NCBI RefSeq assembly: GCF_009914755.1
Contig: NC_060928.1
Direction: 5' to 3' (one strand)
Length of the DNA: 64,000 nt
Source of the DNA: the human T2T-CHM13v2.0 reference genome, Homo sapiens
In this document: in pieces, positions 13,226-27,685 of the stretch
Numbering within the stretch: the first letter of the stretch is position 1
How the letters are laid out: each line of letters starts with the position of its first letter
Made by a program: the position numbers and the translations under genes
Notes under the pieces: model-generated
The model's database searches: none
Told to the model about the DNA's origin: nothing
The model's input: the letters and a program-made list of their open reading frames with translations, nothing else

Positions 13226-13799
13226 AGGGTATACAGGTTCATATCATATCTTCTGTCAGTTTGTTCTTTCTCAGTATGAAATGTTCTATTTTGCCTTTTG
13301 AAATAGTCTTCACATTAATCTCTGTCTTCTGTGATGTTAGTAAGTATATTATTTTCTTTTGGTAAATTTGCCTACATACTTTTCTTTCTTTTAATTGTCA
13401 GCCTTTCTGAATTATATTTGTTTTAGTGGGTCTCTTGTAAATAGCGTAACTCTAGATTTGAGATTCTTCAACTTTTATTTGACTTATTGTGATTACTGAT
13501 AAATGTGGATTTATTTTTTCTCTTATTTACCATGCAGTCTCCTTATTTCTCATTATTCTGTTTTCTGCCTTCTGTTGGATCAAGTTTTCTTTGTTCAGTT
13601 TTTTTCTCCTATACTGGTGTGAAAGTTATACAGTTTTCATTCTTTTATTTTAAGGGTTATCCTTAAATTATCAACACATAAATCAACCTTTTCTCCTAAA
13701 AAATTAGTTAAACAACAAGAACTCTCCTCTCAAATGAAGCTGCTTCCATCTGTTCTACTTCCCCTAGATTCCCTGGAGTAGATGTTATTTCCCGGAGAT

Positions 13800-14285
13800 T
13801 GCTACAGGGTTATCTCCCGTTGCATCAAGTTGGAGTCCATTTTCCCACCATCTTGAATCTGGGAAGGGGCAATGATAACGTTGACCAATAGACTATGGCA
13901 GAAGTGACATACATGTCTGTTCCAAGTATAGCCCTTAACTATCTGGCAGCTTCTGCTTCCTGCCTCCATGAAGCTAGCTACTGTGGAAGAAGTGCAGTTT
14001 CTTTAGGTCTACCATGCTGTGAGAAGTCTTAACTCTGTGGAGAGGCCCTGGGGATGAGACATCATGTGCAGCAAGAAGCCAAGGAGCATAAAAAAATAAG
14101 AAATGAGGGCGGGAGCCATCTGGAAGTGGGTGTTCCAGTCCTATCTACTCCAGATGATGTGACATGGATCTGCCAGCTAAGCCCTTCCTGAATTCCCATC
14201 ACAAAATCCTGAGTAAAATAAAATGATCATTTTAAAAAACCATTGAATTCCAAGGAAGTTTATTACAACAATAAATAACCAGGAC
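13800..14285 (+). mobile_element. MLT1G/H-like LTR
   Basis: gaccaatagactatggcagaagtgac; ctggcagcttctgcttcctgcctc; cccttcctgaattcc. Confidence 0.7.
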
Positions 14286-15822
14286 CCCTTCCCACTCTAT
14301 TGTTGATATCATTTGGGATTATAGTTCCAGATTTTATTTACAACTTACAAAAATGGTGATTTTTTTTCAGACAGTTTTACTAATTTATTTCTTCTATTTA
14401 ATTGCATTTTTTATTTTGAGATACCTGTAGATTCACATGATTATACAGATAAATCTTGTGTATTCTTTACTCAGTTTCCACAATGGCAACATCTTGCATA
14501 AATACAGTATAATATTACAAGTAGGAAATTGGCATTGATATAATCAAGATACAGAAAATTTCCATCACTACCAAGGTCCCTCTTGTTGCCCTTTTATAGC
14601 TATGCCCACTTCATCTTCTGCCCTCATTCTCCTCATTAATCTCTGGAAACCACACTAACCTATTACCCATATTCATAATTTTGTCATTTCAGGAATGTTG
14701 TAAAAATGGAATCAGGTAGTTTGTAACCTTTTAGGACTGGCTTTTGTCACTGAGAATAATTCTCTAGAGATTCATCCAAGCTGTTGTGTGGAGCTATAAT
14801 TCATTCCTTTTCATTGCTGAATAGTGTTCCATGGTATGGATGTACCATGGTTTCTTTAGCCATTCATCCATTAAAGGACATCTACATTGGTTCTGGTTTG
14901 TAGCTATGACGAATAAAACAGTTACAGACATTTGTGCATATATTTTTGTATGGAATGTCTTCATTTCTCTGGGACAATTGCTGGGATGTATGGTGGTTAC
15001 ATTTTTAAGTTTTAAAGAAACTGCCATACTGTTTTCCAGAGTGAATGTATCATTTTATATTTCTATCAACAACATATGAGTGATCTAGTTTCTCTCCATT
15101 CTTGAAAGCATTTGTTGTTGTTCCTATTTTTAAAAAATTTAAACATCCCAATGGATATGTAGGGATAGCTCATGGTGGTTTTAACTTGCATTTTCTTAAT
15201 GATTAATAATGTTGAACACCTTTTTATGTGCTTATCTGTCATCTGTATATCTGAAAAGCAGAATATCTCTTCATGTCTTTTCCCCATGTTCTAATTGGAT
15301 TGTTTGTTTTTTTTATTGTTGAGTTTTAAGAGTTTTATCTATACTAGTCCTTTGACGGATAAGTGTTTTGTAAATATTTTCTCCCATTCTGTAGCTTGTC
15401 TTTTTAAAAAATGTTTTATAGGGTCTTTTACAAAACAAAAGTTTTTAATTTTGGTGATAGCAAATGTATCAGTTTATCCTTTTATAAATTATACTTTTGC
15501 TATGAAGTCTAAGAACTCCTTGTCTAGCAATAGAGGCCCCGTATTTTCTCTTAAAAGTGTCACAGCGTAATGTTTTACATTTAAATCTATTTTCCATTTT
15601 CAGTTAATTTTGTAGAAGGTGTGAGACTTAAGCCAATTTTTTTCTCTCTATGGTTGTCCAATTGTTTTAGCACCATTTGCTAAAAAGGCTGTTTTTCTTC
15701 CATTAAATTGTTTTTGCACTTTGTCAAATGCTGGTTTGGTATATTTGTGCGGGTCTATTTCTGTTTTCACTATTCTGTTCCATTGATTGATGTGTCTATT
15801 CCTCTGCCCATGCCACATAGTC

Positions 15823-16133
<311 letters not shown>

Positions 16134-17121
16134 CCATGCCACACAGTATTAATAAGTCTATAATAAGTCTTGGAAATGAGTAAATTGATATCTCTGACTT
16201 AATTTTTCATTTCCAAAATTGTTTTAGAGATTCTAGTTTCTCCTCATTATCATATAAATTTTAGATTATTCTTGTATATATCTACAAAAATTCTTGCTGG
16301 AATTTTGATAGAAACTGTGGTAAACCTGTATATCAATCTGTGGAGAAGTGACACTTGTTGAGTTCTTCAGTTCATGAACATGGAAAGCATCTCTATTTAT
16401 TTAGTTCTTTTTCAGCTTCTTTCACCAGCATTTTGTAGTTTGTAGCATGTAAGTGAGTGGTGAACATGCTTTGTTACATTTACACTTAAGTATTTATTTT
16501 TTTGTTATTGCCACTGGCATTGTATTTTAATTTCAATGTTCATGGGCTCATTGGTAGCATATAGAAATACAATAGAGTTTTTGTATGTTAATCTTATATC
16601 TTGTGATCTTGCTAAACTCACTTATTAGTTCTAAGAGGTTTTTGTTTGTTTGTTTTTGGAGAGTCCATGGGCTTTTCTATGTAATCATGTTATCTGCAGA
16701 TGGGGACAGTTTATTTCTTCCTTTCTGATCTCTATGCTTTTTATTTCCCTTTCCTGATTCATTGCACTGGCTGGAACTTCCAGCATTGTGTGGAGTAAGA
16801 GGGATGGGAGCAGACATCCTTGTCATGTTCTAAGTCTTATGAGGAAAGCATTCTGTCTTTCACCATTAAGTATAATGATAGCTGTATGTTCTCTATAGAT
16901 GCTCTTTATCAGGTTGAGAAAGTCCCCTCTATTCCTATTTTTCTTTCAGGTTTTTTTTTCACTTGTGAGTGGGTATTACATTTTACTAAATTCTTTTTCT
17001 GCATTTGTTGATACAATCATGAGATTTTTCTTCTTTAATTTGTTAATATTGTAGATGACATTGGTTAATTTTTAAACATGATGCCAGCTTTGCATCTTTG
17101 GAATAAATTCTACTTGGCCAT

Positions 17122-17472
17122 TGTCTTAGTCTATTCAGACTGCTATAATACAATACCTGAGATCAGGTAATTTAGTAGAAATGTATTGTTCATAGTTCCA
17201 GGGGCTGGAAAATCCAAGATCAAGGCACTAGCAGATTTGGTGTCTGGTGAGGGCTTGCTCTCTGCTTCCATAGATGGTGCCTTGTTGCATCCTCACATGA
17301 CAGAAGGGCAAAGCTACTCCCATTAATCTCTTTTATAAGGGCACTGATTCCATTCATGAGGGCTTTGCCTTCATGACTTAATCACCTCTCAAAAGGACCC
17401 ACCTCTTAATACCACCAAAATAGGGATTAGGGTTCACTATAAATTTTGGAAGGACACATTCATACCATAGCA
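17122..17472 (-). mobile_element. MLT1A/MSTD-like MaLR solo LTR
   Basis: tgtcttagtctattcagactgctataa ... accatagca. Confidence 0.88.
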
Positions 17473-17699
17473 ATCACAGTGTATAATTCTTTTTATATTT
17501 TACTAGATTCTATTTGCTAATATTTTGTTAAGGACTTTTGCCTCTATATTCATGAGGAATATTCACCAGTAGGTTTTTTTTTTGTGCTGTCTTTGTCTGG
17601 TTTTAATATCAGGGTCATATTCGCTTCAGAAAATAAATTGAGAGTTGCTTGGATTGCTTCTATTTTCTGGAAGAGATTTTGTAGAATTGGTGTTGATTC

Positions 17700-17940
17700 T
17701 TCTTTACTTATTTATTTTTTTAGACACAGTTTCACTCTGTCACCCAGGCTGGAGTGCAGTGGTGGGGCTACTGCTTACTGCAGCCTTGACCTCCTGGATA
17801 AAAAATCTTCCCACCTAAGCCTTCTTAGTAGCTGGGACTATAGGCATGCACCTCTACACCTGGCTGAGTTTTGTATTTTTTTTGAAGAGGTGGGGTTTCA
17901 CCATGTCGCTCAGGCTGGTCTTGAACTCCTGGGCTTAAGC
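17700..17940 (-). mobile_element. AluJ, left arm truncated
   Basis: cacccaggctggagtgcagtgg ... gaactcctgggcttaagc. Confidence 0.9.
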
Positions 17941-18229
17941 TCAAAGAACCAGCTATTTGTTTCATTGATTTTTTTTCAATCATTTTTCTGTTTCCAATTT
18001 CATTTCTTACCTTGAAATGTTTTTTGAGAAGCTCTTCATCTTCACAATTTCATTGATTTTCTAATTTTTTGTAGTTTCATAGTTTTCTTCCTTCTACTTA
18101 TTTTGCTTTTCTTTTTCTAGGTTTTTGAGGTGGAAGCTTAGATTATTTTTAATTTTAATTTTTGTGGGGAAGCTTAGATTATTGATTTAAGTTTTTTTCT
18201 TTTCTATTATGTGTATGTGGTGCTATGAA

Positions 18230-19320
18230 TTTCTGTTGCTTTGAATTCACTGGGCTTTTTGATTCTGTGAATAGTGTTTTTCATTGGTTCTGAAAATCTT
18301 CATTGTCTCTTTAAATACTGTCCCTGCCTTATTCTTTTCCTTCTTACCCTCAGAGATACCCATTAAACACTTGTGGTATTCTTTATGTCCCTTACCTTTT
18401 TTTCTGTATCAGCAATCTTTTTGTCACTCAGTCCTTCATTGTGAATAGTTGTCCCCCCACTATTTTTCAGTATATTAATTTTTTTCTTCACCTGTGTCTA
18501 ATCTGCTAATAAACCAATTCATCTACTGAGTTTTAAATTTTGGTATTTTATTACTTTTTTTCTGAAAGTTCCATTTGATCCTTTTCAAAAACTGTTTTAT
18601 ACTTTAAATTGTAAAAATATATGTCAGTTCATAGTTTCTCCTTCCTTTCAGATGTTATTAATTTTTAAACAAAAAATTTAAATATAGTTAATACAGTTAA
18701 TTTATATAATTCTAAGACTTGAAGTCTTTGTAGTTCTGTTTCTGTGGTCTGTATTCTGCCAGATATTTCTTATGACATCTACTTTCTTTGTGTATCTGGC
18801 TATTTTTGGCTTAGTTTTGGACAAATTTTTTGATGCCTAATATGAAATTGGCTTTTTTTTCCCAGAAAGTATTTGTATTTGATTCTGCAAGGTATCTAGA
18901 GGCACTACCAGTTTAAGACAACTTTAAACTAAATTTAAGCCTTGAAATTACCTGGAAAATACAGGATACTCAGGAGAGTTTAACTGAGGTTGTGGTTCTG
19001 TGCTAGGACTGGTCTATGGGGGGGGGGGGGTCTTTACAGATTATTTAAGGGGTGAATCTCTTATTAGGCTTTCGATTTTATGTGGTTTCTGGGAGTTGAT
19101 TTTTTTCTTCCAGTGCCAGGAGGCCACTAAAATGAAAATCCAGTATTTTTAGGGTGGATAACTACTCTCAGAGGAAAAGAAGCTTCTGTCTTCATTTGTG
19201 CTTCTGGGATGCTGACTTCTCTTCATGGTAGGTCTGGTATTTCCTTCCTATCTTGTCACTGCTTTGATTCTTTTAAGATACATTGTATATATTCTATCTA
19301 TATTTATATTTTATCACATT
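18230..19320 (-). mobile_element. Ancient L1ME/HAL1-like fragment containing a G13 run (19018-19030)
   Basis: T-rich antisense L1 ORF1-region texture; subfamily uncertain. Confidence 0.5.
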
Positions 19321-19332
19321 AAATTGTTTTTT

Positions 19333-19505
19333 AGCTTAAATGACAGAAATGTGTTGTCTCATAGTTCTGGAGGCTAGAAGTTGGAGGAGATTAAGGTGTC
19401 AGCAAGGTTGGTTCCTTCTGAGGGTCCTGAAGGAGAATTTGTTCCGTGCCTCTCCCTAGCTTCTGGTGGTTTACTGGCAATATTTGGTGTTCCCTGGCTT
19501 ATAGA
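19333..19505 (-). mobile_element. MLT1C-like LTR fragment
   Basis: tctcatagttctggaggctagaag...aaggtgtcagcaaggttggttccttctgagg. Confidence 0.82.
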
Positions 19506-19767
19506 AACAAGCAAACAAAAAAGAGGTTTTTTTTGCCAAAAGAATTTCTCCAAATAACCTGACTCAGCATTTCAGAAAACAGGATGGGCTTTGGTAAGGC
19601 AGTGAATGTCAGAGAACCTACACATTCTGGGCAAAGATACCATCTTTTATTGCTTGTCTTTCTGGCTTTACTCCCTCTGAAGTCAGCAGGATTTTTTTTC
19701 CCCATTGGAAGTAGTACATTCTGAAATCCAAGTGTTGTTTTTCCTGAGAATGTGTGTGTGGCATGGT

Positions 19768-20370
19768 CATTCCTTCAATCATTTATTCAACAAATATATG
19801 TTGAAAACCTGTGCTAAGCCAGGTCCTATGCTAGGTACTGGGATACATGGAGAATAAAAACATGGATCCTAATCTCAAGTAATTTGCAATCTAGGTTGGA
19901 GAATTGGTATTAATCTGACAACCACATAAGCAAACTATCAATACTAAACATTGTTTAATACATGGAGTAGACCTGTCATTAGAGCTATAATGGCCAAGTA
20001 CAAGGTGCTATGTAAACGTTTAACTGGGATATTTAATCCAGGGGTGAGAGAAGTTTTCTTCAAGGTAAAGCTCTTGAGCTGAGATCCAAAGAATGAATTG
20101 GCATTAAATAGAAGGAGGTGAATAGGATAAGACCAATAAGGCTGTGTGGAAAACCTGTGCAAAGGCCCTGTAGTGGATGGTGCTCTGCATGTTAGAAATA
20201 GAAGATGTTAAAGCCAGTGGGGCTGGAACACACAGAGTGAGTGGGAAAGTGGTTTAAGATAATTCTGGAGATGTTGTCAGAGGCTAGGTAGAGCAGGACT
20301 TAGAAACCAATCAAGAATTCTCTTCTGTACTTGGGCTTATAGAAATGGGAGATCATTAAAATTTTTTATT
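19768..20370 (-). mobile_element. L2
   Basis: cattccttcaatcatttattcaacaaatatatgttga; tgtgcaaaggccctg. Confidence 0.82.
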
Positions 20371-20377
20371 GGGTCAA

Positions 20378-20400
20378 TGTGTATGTGTGTGTGTGGGTGT

Positions 20401-20432
<32 letters not shown>
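20378..20432 (+). repeat. Interrupted (TG)n microsatellite
   Basis: Direct reading. Confidence 0.95.
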
Positions 20433-20436
<4 letters not shown>

Positions 20437-20562
20437 GCTGCTCTTGCTCCTGCATTTAGATAAAGAATTAAATGCATGAGCTATCTTGTGAAATGCTATG
20501 TGGAATAGGGCATTAGTGGTCAATCAATGAGTATGTAAGTGATACTTCAAGAATATTTCTTT

Positions 20563-20690
20563 GGCCAGGTGTGATGGACCACACCTGTAATCCCAGTGCT
20601 TTGGCAGGCCAAGGTAGGATTGCTTGAGGCCAGGAGTTCAAGACCAGCCTGAACAACAAAGCAAGACCTTATCTCAATTAAAAAATGTAT
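20563..20690 (+). mobile_element. FLAM/Alu left monomer
   Basis: ggccaggtgtg...aggagttcaagaccagcctg. Confidence 0.9.
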
Positions 20691-21514
20691 AAGAAGGACA
20701 TTTCTCCAATATTACCTTTCAGGAACACATATCCTGAAAGTGGGATATGGCATTTCTAGTTTTATCACTTCAAACCTGCTTTTCATTTGAGCATATATGG
20801 TTTCAGCAATATCTAGGCCTAAGAGCATTCTGAAGGTCTCTGTTTTCTGGTATGGTCCAATATACCTTCTTTCTTCTCTGAAACATCCTCTACCCCCAAC
20901 CACATTAGTTGGTGTTGTCTAATCTTCCTTTCTAACTGGAGAAGATTTGTGAAAGGTTTTTCTTCCTCAAAGTTACCCCTACAAACGCTAATCAAAGTAG
21001 AATCCAAAAAACTCTGTTCCCTAACGCCAGGGCATCTTTTCCATTTGATGGTCAACAGAGCCCCCTACTGGGAGAAACAGCTCAACTACATAAATACCAA
21101 CACAAACAGCAAGCGTTCTGTAACGTTTGGTTCTTTACCCAGCCAATGTTTAATGTAATTACTGTGCCGTAGCTGAGACACCTACTCATTATTTTTGTGA
21201 TAACTCTGACATATAATTACAAAAGATTAACTTTTCATTTGGCAAATATTCCAGTTACTCAGTGTTGAAGAGTCATTGTAACAATTAATAAAAATCACAA
21301 ATGTATAGTCTTAAAATATAATTGATGTCAAGAAATAATTTGGTTCAGTGTTATGTTTCAAGAAGACTAACATTTAAATTCTTCAGGGTACTGAGCTTTC
21401 TGTTTTATTCCTAAAATTTCCAACGGAGGACACTCCACAGTGTCATCAGAGATGAATTCTTTGCTTCTAATAATTCAATAGGTTGTTATATTTGATAATA
21501 GTATCTCCTTAAAA

Positions 21515-22090
21515 AAAAAACTCCTGTTAGAATGGTTCTAAATTTACAGAAAACTTACAAAGACAGTACAGAGAGTTCCTGTATTTCCATCACTCAGTTT
21601 TTCCTGTTGCTAACACCTGGCATTACCATGGTACATTTGTCATAACTAAGGAATCAACATTGGTACATTACCATTAACTAAACTCCAGAGTTTACTCAGA
21701 TTTCACTATCATTGTAACTTTTCCCCTAATGTCCTTTTTCTGTTCCAGGATTTCATTGAGGACATCACATTACATTTAATTACCTTGTCTCATTGGGATC
21801 CTCTGGTCTCTGACAGTTTCTGTGACTTGCCTTGTTTTTGATGACCTTAGCAGTTTTTGAGGAATACTGGTCATGTATTTTGTAGAATGTTCCTCGGTGT
21901 GGAGTTGTCTGGTGTTTTTATCATGGTTCTACCAGGATTGTGTTATGGGTTTTTGGGAGGAAAACCCCAGTAACATTCTCATCACATCATATCAAGGCTA
22001 CATACTTATGTATGCATCATTGTTGATGTTAATTTTGACAACCTGACTGAGATAGTGTTTATTATATTTCTCTACTGCAAAGGTGCTTTG
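21515..22090 (-). mobile_element. L1MC4/5-like 3' end
   Basis: cattaactaaactccagagtttactcagatttcac; tctgacagtttctgtgacttgccttg. Confidence 0.75.
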
Positions 22091-22247
22091 TCGTTGTTGT
22101 TGTGGTTGTTTTTTGGAGTCTTGCTCTGGACTCAGCCTAGAGTGCAGTGGTGTGATCATGGCTCCCTGGATCCTCAAACTCTTGGGCTAAAGCGATCCTC
22201 CTGAGTAGCTGGGACTGCAGGTGCGTGCCACCACACCAGCTAATTTA

Positions 22248-22299
<52 letters not shown>

Positions 22300-22420
22300 T
22301 TGTAGAGACAGGGTCTCGCTATGTTGCTTAGGCTGGTCTCAAACTCCTGGCTGCAAGCAATCCTCCTCTCTGGGCTTCCCAAAGTGCAGGTATTACAGGC
22401 ATGAGCCACCACACCAGACT
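22091..22420 (-). mobile_element. AluJ with (TAT)16 in the central linker
   Basis: Both arms recognisable; pure repeat at 22251-22298. Confidence 0.92.
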
Positions 22421-22519
22421 TGTTTTTTTAAATTTAAATTTAAATATCTTTCATCTTATTTTACAGAGATAAAGACAGAAAACTGTCAGCTTCTTTTTTC
22501 AGATGAGGGAGGATAATAT

Positions 22520-22760
22520 ATCATGGTGGTGAAGAGCAGCTTTTAGGAGCCAGAAAACGGATTAATGAGCAGTTTTGCCACTTACTGGCTGTGTGATTTG
22601 GGCAAGCTACTTTCTAAGCTTCACGATCAGAATTTGTAAAATGGGGTACTAATAGTACTTTCTTCAAAGGGTTATGGTAAGGGCGAAATGATATGATGCA
22701 TGCAAAGCACTTGACTAGTGCCTGGTGCATAGTAACCATGCAAATGTTCACTATTATTAC
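22520..22760 (+). mobile_element. MIR
   Basis: tgccacttactggctgtgtgatttgggcaag; tgtaaaatgggg; agtgcctggtgcatagtaa. Confidence 0.85.
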
Positions 22761-23307
22761 TAACGTTAAGATGACAGCAGTGATGATAAGCACTATGCAT
22801 TTATTTTAGTGTCACTGTTATTCTTCAGAGTCAGTAGCAGCAAGTCCTCAGCAGGCAGTTCTTTCCATTAATATGCCAGCCTGGACTTGGTGTTTTGGGC
22901 TAAAAAGCTGAGCCTCCAGCATTCATTCAGTTACTAGTTTAACGATGTTCCCTGAGCTCCTTCTAGGTCCCCAGGATACATGGTTAAACCAGCAGACACA
23001 GTGTGGCTGCAGCCCTGTGAGTCAGGTGGAGAGTGTCCAGATAGAGGTGAGTGGGAGACAGAGGTCAGGGTTGGTTCCTATGGGACCCTGTGGGTAAAGT
23101 ATAAGGACAGGCTTGATTATTTCTTCTTTAGTCTCAAGCCATCATTTTATAGGTGAAATTTAGTCTCCTCCAAGTTCATTACCATAAGATCAAAGTAGAC
23201 CAACCAAATAAACAATTTTACTTGTCCCGCTTTCCTACTTTGATTTTGGTAGTTGTGCTATTGAGCTCTGAAGTGACTGGAATGGTAGTTTTCAAACTTT
23301 AGGATGA

Positions 23308-23612
23308 GGCCAGGCATGGTGGCTCATGCCTACAAACCCAGCACTTTGGGTGGCTGAGGTGGGAGGATTGCTTTAGGCCAGGAGTTTGAGACCAGCCTGT
23401 ACAGTGAGACCCCGTTTCTTAAAAAAAAAAAAAAAATTACATTAAAAATTAGCTGGACATGGTGGCATGGGTCTATAGTCTCAGGTCTACTTGGGAGGCT
23501 AAGGCAGGAGGATCACCTGAGCCCAGGAGTTTGAGGCTGCAGCGATCTATAATCGTGCCACTGTGCTCCAGCATGGGCGAAAGAGTGAGACCCTGTCTCT
23601 AAAAACAATAAC
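23308..23612 (+). mobile_element. AluJ, apparently inserted in a MER5A fragment
   Basis: Full dimer; flanks ttttcaaacttt...gcattagaatcacctg are MER5A-like. Confidence 0.9.
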
Positions 23613-24180
23613 ACCTTCAAGGTGCATTAGAATCACCTGTAGGGTTCCCTAGAACACTTACCCTATATCTTGAACCAATTATTTCTCGTATCATCAATCT
23701 TTCTGCAACCCTCTTCCTCACTGTGACTTGTTTCCTTATGTATTTTGAGCTTTTGGTGGTGAGTTTATATTCCTTCAAACTTGGTTTGTGAGAATTCCTT
23801 TGAGACCTGGTTTAAACAGTATTCCTCTAGTGAGGATATATGCATTCATTTCTACTAAACATTGAATGTGACTATCAGTTTGCAATAAGTTTAAATTCGT
23901 ACTTTGGGTTTTTAGGTCGTATAAGTACTTGGATTCTGATACATAGCCCATGAGAAGGCTTGTCTATGGCTAAGGTATCTTGGGGTGTTGGAGGAGACTT
24001 TATCTTTTTCCCTTTTTAACTAGAACCAAGGCCAACACTGGTAAACACTTATATCAATTCCTTCTGGTAAGCATATTTTTTTTTCCAGTTTACCCACGAA
24101 GGGTGTCAATTCTTTTGGGTGCTGGCTTTGTGCTGGAGTCTCTGATTCTGAGCCTGAGCTTTGTCTCTGAGCTCCTCCTG

Positions 24181-24369
24181 TAGGAGCAGCACACGCCCTT
24201 CTTGTGGCCTGTTTTTGTGTGGCCTTTCAGCTAAGAATGGCTTTTACATTTTTAAACTGTTGCTAAGAAACAACAACAATGAAGTAAGTGACAAATCATA
24301 TGTGGCCCACAAAGCCCAAAATATTATCTTTAAAATTGTATCTTTTCAGAAAAAAATTGTAGACCCCTA
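24181..24369. mobile_element. MER58B/C-like hAT MITE
   Basis: agctaagaatggcttttacatttttaaa; tatgtggcccacaaagcccaaaatatt. Confidence 0.75.
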
Positions 24370-24723
24370 GATCATGAAAGCTAAATAAACATAGGCACCC
24401 AGGGCAAACTCTATTTCTGGTGGTCCTGTTCCCCTCTGAATAGACTAGTAGTTTCTTACTGTTTCTGGTGTCCAAGAATTTATCTTACATTCCTACCAGC
24501 TTAGCTCTTTGTCTTAAAGGAGGTGTTAATATTTTATCCATTGTTTTTAGGAGTTCTCTACTTGGAAGGTTCCTCTGGACATTGAGCACCTCTTAATATA
24601 TGAAAAAGAATCCTCGCTCTTTACTTCCTGTCGAGCAAGTCTCAGTGCCATAGCAGGGCTATAAGAAGGGATGGCCTTCTTATGCACTGGCCTGTGAGCC
24701 AGTGCTGGGAAGTATGATATAAC

Positions 24724-25440
24724 TGAAATGGGAGACTTCCCTTGCACCCCTTCTCAACACATGCGACAGGAGTGTGGCTCTCTGTTTGGTGAGTTCAAAC
24801 CCCTTTTATGGGAGGAGGATCATGAAGATGGCAGGTGCAGGAACCAGAGTGACTGCTTTGGGGCTCTGGCCCCATGGCAGTGTCTAGGGGTGGGTGTCTG
24901 CGACTCCCAAAGCCCAGGTGGGTGCATGTTACAGTGTGCTCTTTTAGTCTTGCCCTTCTGGATGGCTTAAGGGTTAACCAGGTCAGTGGGCCCTCTGCCT
25001 TTTTGCAAGGGCAGGGGGCCAGCATGACAACTTTCTGTATCCTGAGCTCTTGTCCAGCCATCCCAAAAAATTGGGTCCGACATTAACTTGAAGGCTGAAT
25101 GTGGGGGTTTTATTCAGTGGTGGTGATGGCTCTCAGTGGAATGGATGGGGAGCTGGACAGGAGATGGAGTGAAAAGATGATCTTTCCTTAGAGTTTGGCT
25201 GTCTAGCTGCTGATTCTCTGACCATCCCCAGCCAAACTTCTCCTGATGTTCCTTCTCTTCTCTCCCAGCCTGGGGCTTGGGGTTTATATGGGTACAGGAC
25301 AGGGGGCGTTGTGGGCCAGAAGGCAACTTTTGGGTGCAAAAACAGGAATGTCTGTCCTTATTTAGGGCCGCAGGTATTCAGGCTTGAGGGTGGTACCTTT
25401 GCTGGGGAAACCACCCTCTTCTATCCAGTATTTCCATGAC
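24724..25440 (-). mobile_element. ERV1 LTR (LTR27/LTR28/MER52 group)
   Basis: tgaaatgggagacttccct terminus; gggtttatatgggtacaggacagggggcgt; aaggcaacttttgggtgc. Confidence 0.8.
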
Positions 25441-25551
25441 TAATCATATTTTGAAGGGGCGAGTCTAGAAAATAACACACATTGGGGTCTTAAAATAATG
25501 AGCTTCCTTGCATAGCTAAAATTAGCATTCTGTGGGGACTCACCTTGTGAG

Positions 25552-25552
<1 letters not shown>

Positions 25553-25590
<38 letters not shown>
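25553..25590 (+). repeat. (TG)19 microsatellite
   Basis: Direct reading. Confidence 0.97.
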
Positions 25591-25595
<5 letters not shown>

Positions 25596-25721
25596 AGGTG
25601 TCCCTGCTTATATACAGTGGTTGCATCATCCTATTCTACTTCCAGTACTTCCAGACTAGACTTGTTCCTGTTCAGGGAGTGTTTCCTGATTATACATAAT
25701 CTTCCTATACATAAACTTTCA

Positions 25722-26241
<520 letters not shown>

Positions 26242-27360
26242 TGATAAGAGGCAAATGGACTACCTTTAACTTTCCTTATCATAAAGGAAGCTCTGTGAGT
26301 CAGGTCCTGTGTGTGTTTAGGTCCTGGCATTATACCTCAATCTCAGGTAAAGGTCTCCTGAAATTATATTTAACTGGGAGTTTTGCTGGCATAAAAAACA
26401 TCAGGTCCAGGCCCAGAGTGATGCAATTTTATTCTCAGGTCTAACTCTATTGTGTTCTAACATTCTCTAATTCACTTCTCTGCTCTCACATGTATTTATA
26501 GACATGGATACCATTGCCAAAGCTCTGAATTATGTTTTTCTCCTTAGAGATTTGAGACCCTTGGCTCCCATTAGATCTATAATATCAATGACAGCTGTGT
26601 TGTGTGTGTATACAGCTCTCATAGCAACCAAGTGCAGTTGCCCGCCAATGAAACCTGGCTCTGCTTTCCCCCTTGCCTATTTAGTAAATGTCCTTAAGAA
26701 CAAAGAAGGTGGGAATGTTAGAGGGAGGCACAGCGGGAGTGATTAGTTTAAGGGTTATGACTAATCAGGCATGTTCCCTGTGGGGGAAGGTGGGGCGTGT
26801 CTTCCATAACAGGAAGGTCCGAAGAGATTGAGGCGTTTAATTTGTACCTCCCTGTATGCCAGCAGATACAGGCTACCACTGGTTGGAGATTGAGGACGGC
26901 ACCTTCTTTTGCTAGGGTGCTGTGACTGAAAGCCAACAAGGGGAGATGCAATCACAGTGAGCAGAGGGTCCCCATGGTATCTTTGGTGGCTCGGTGGAAA
27001 GGTCTTTCTCCCTGATTCTTCTCACAGCCAAGAACAAAGATTTACAGTGAGACTTGGTGGAGGCTCTCTACTACCTGTGAGTGTGATGAAATAAGAGGTC
27101 AAATTGCTTCTGTTGTTGGATCACTAAGAATGATGGAACTAGTGTTTTAAAATGTCTCATAAAGAGGAGACCTCTCTCAGTCACCTGAGTTTCTTAATTG
27201 GTATTCACTCTTCTGTAGATAGTAATTACCGCAGAGCAAAAATGACTCATATTCTCTCCCTACCCTTTGTTCCCCAATTTGTTGCAATGCATTATTCAAG
27301 GAGATGAGTAGCACTACTAACACTGGCTTCTAAAGAATTATTAGACTTAGAAAAGAACTA

Positions 27361-27685
27361 GGTCGGGCACAGTGGCTCATACCTGTAATCTCAGCACTTT
27401 GGGAGGCCGAGGTGGGCAGATTACTAGAGGCCAGGAGTTCAAGACCAGCCTGGCTAACATGGTGAAACCCCATCTCTACTAAAATTCCAAAAATTAGCCA
27501 GGTGTGGTGGTGGGTGCCTGTAATCCCAGCTCCTCCTCGGGAGGCTGTGTGCAGGAGAATTGCTTTCGAACCCAGGAGGCGGAGGTTGCAGTGAGCCGAG
27601 GCTGTGCCACTGCACTCCAGCCTGGGTGACAGAGCGAGACTCCATCTCAAAAAAAACTAAAAACAAAACAACAATAACAATAAAC
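27361..27685 (+). mobile_element. AluS
   Basis: Full dimer, A-rich tail, flanked by agaacta. Confidence 0.95.

Noticed and set aside
19018-19030. G13 homopolymer as a possible G-quadruplex
   Set aside because: Too short for a three-tier intramolecular G4; lies in decayed LINE
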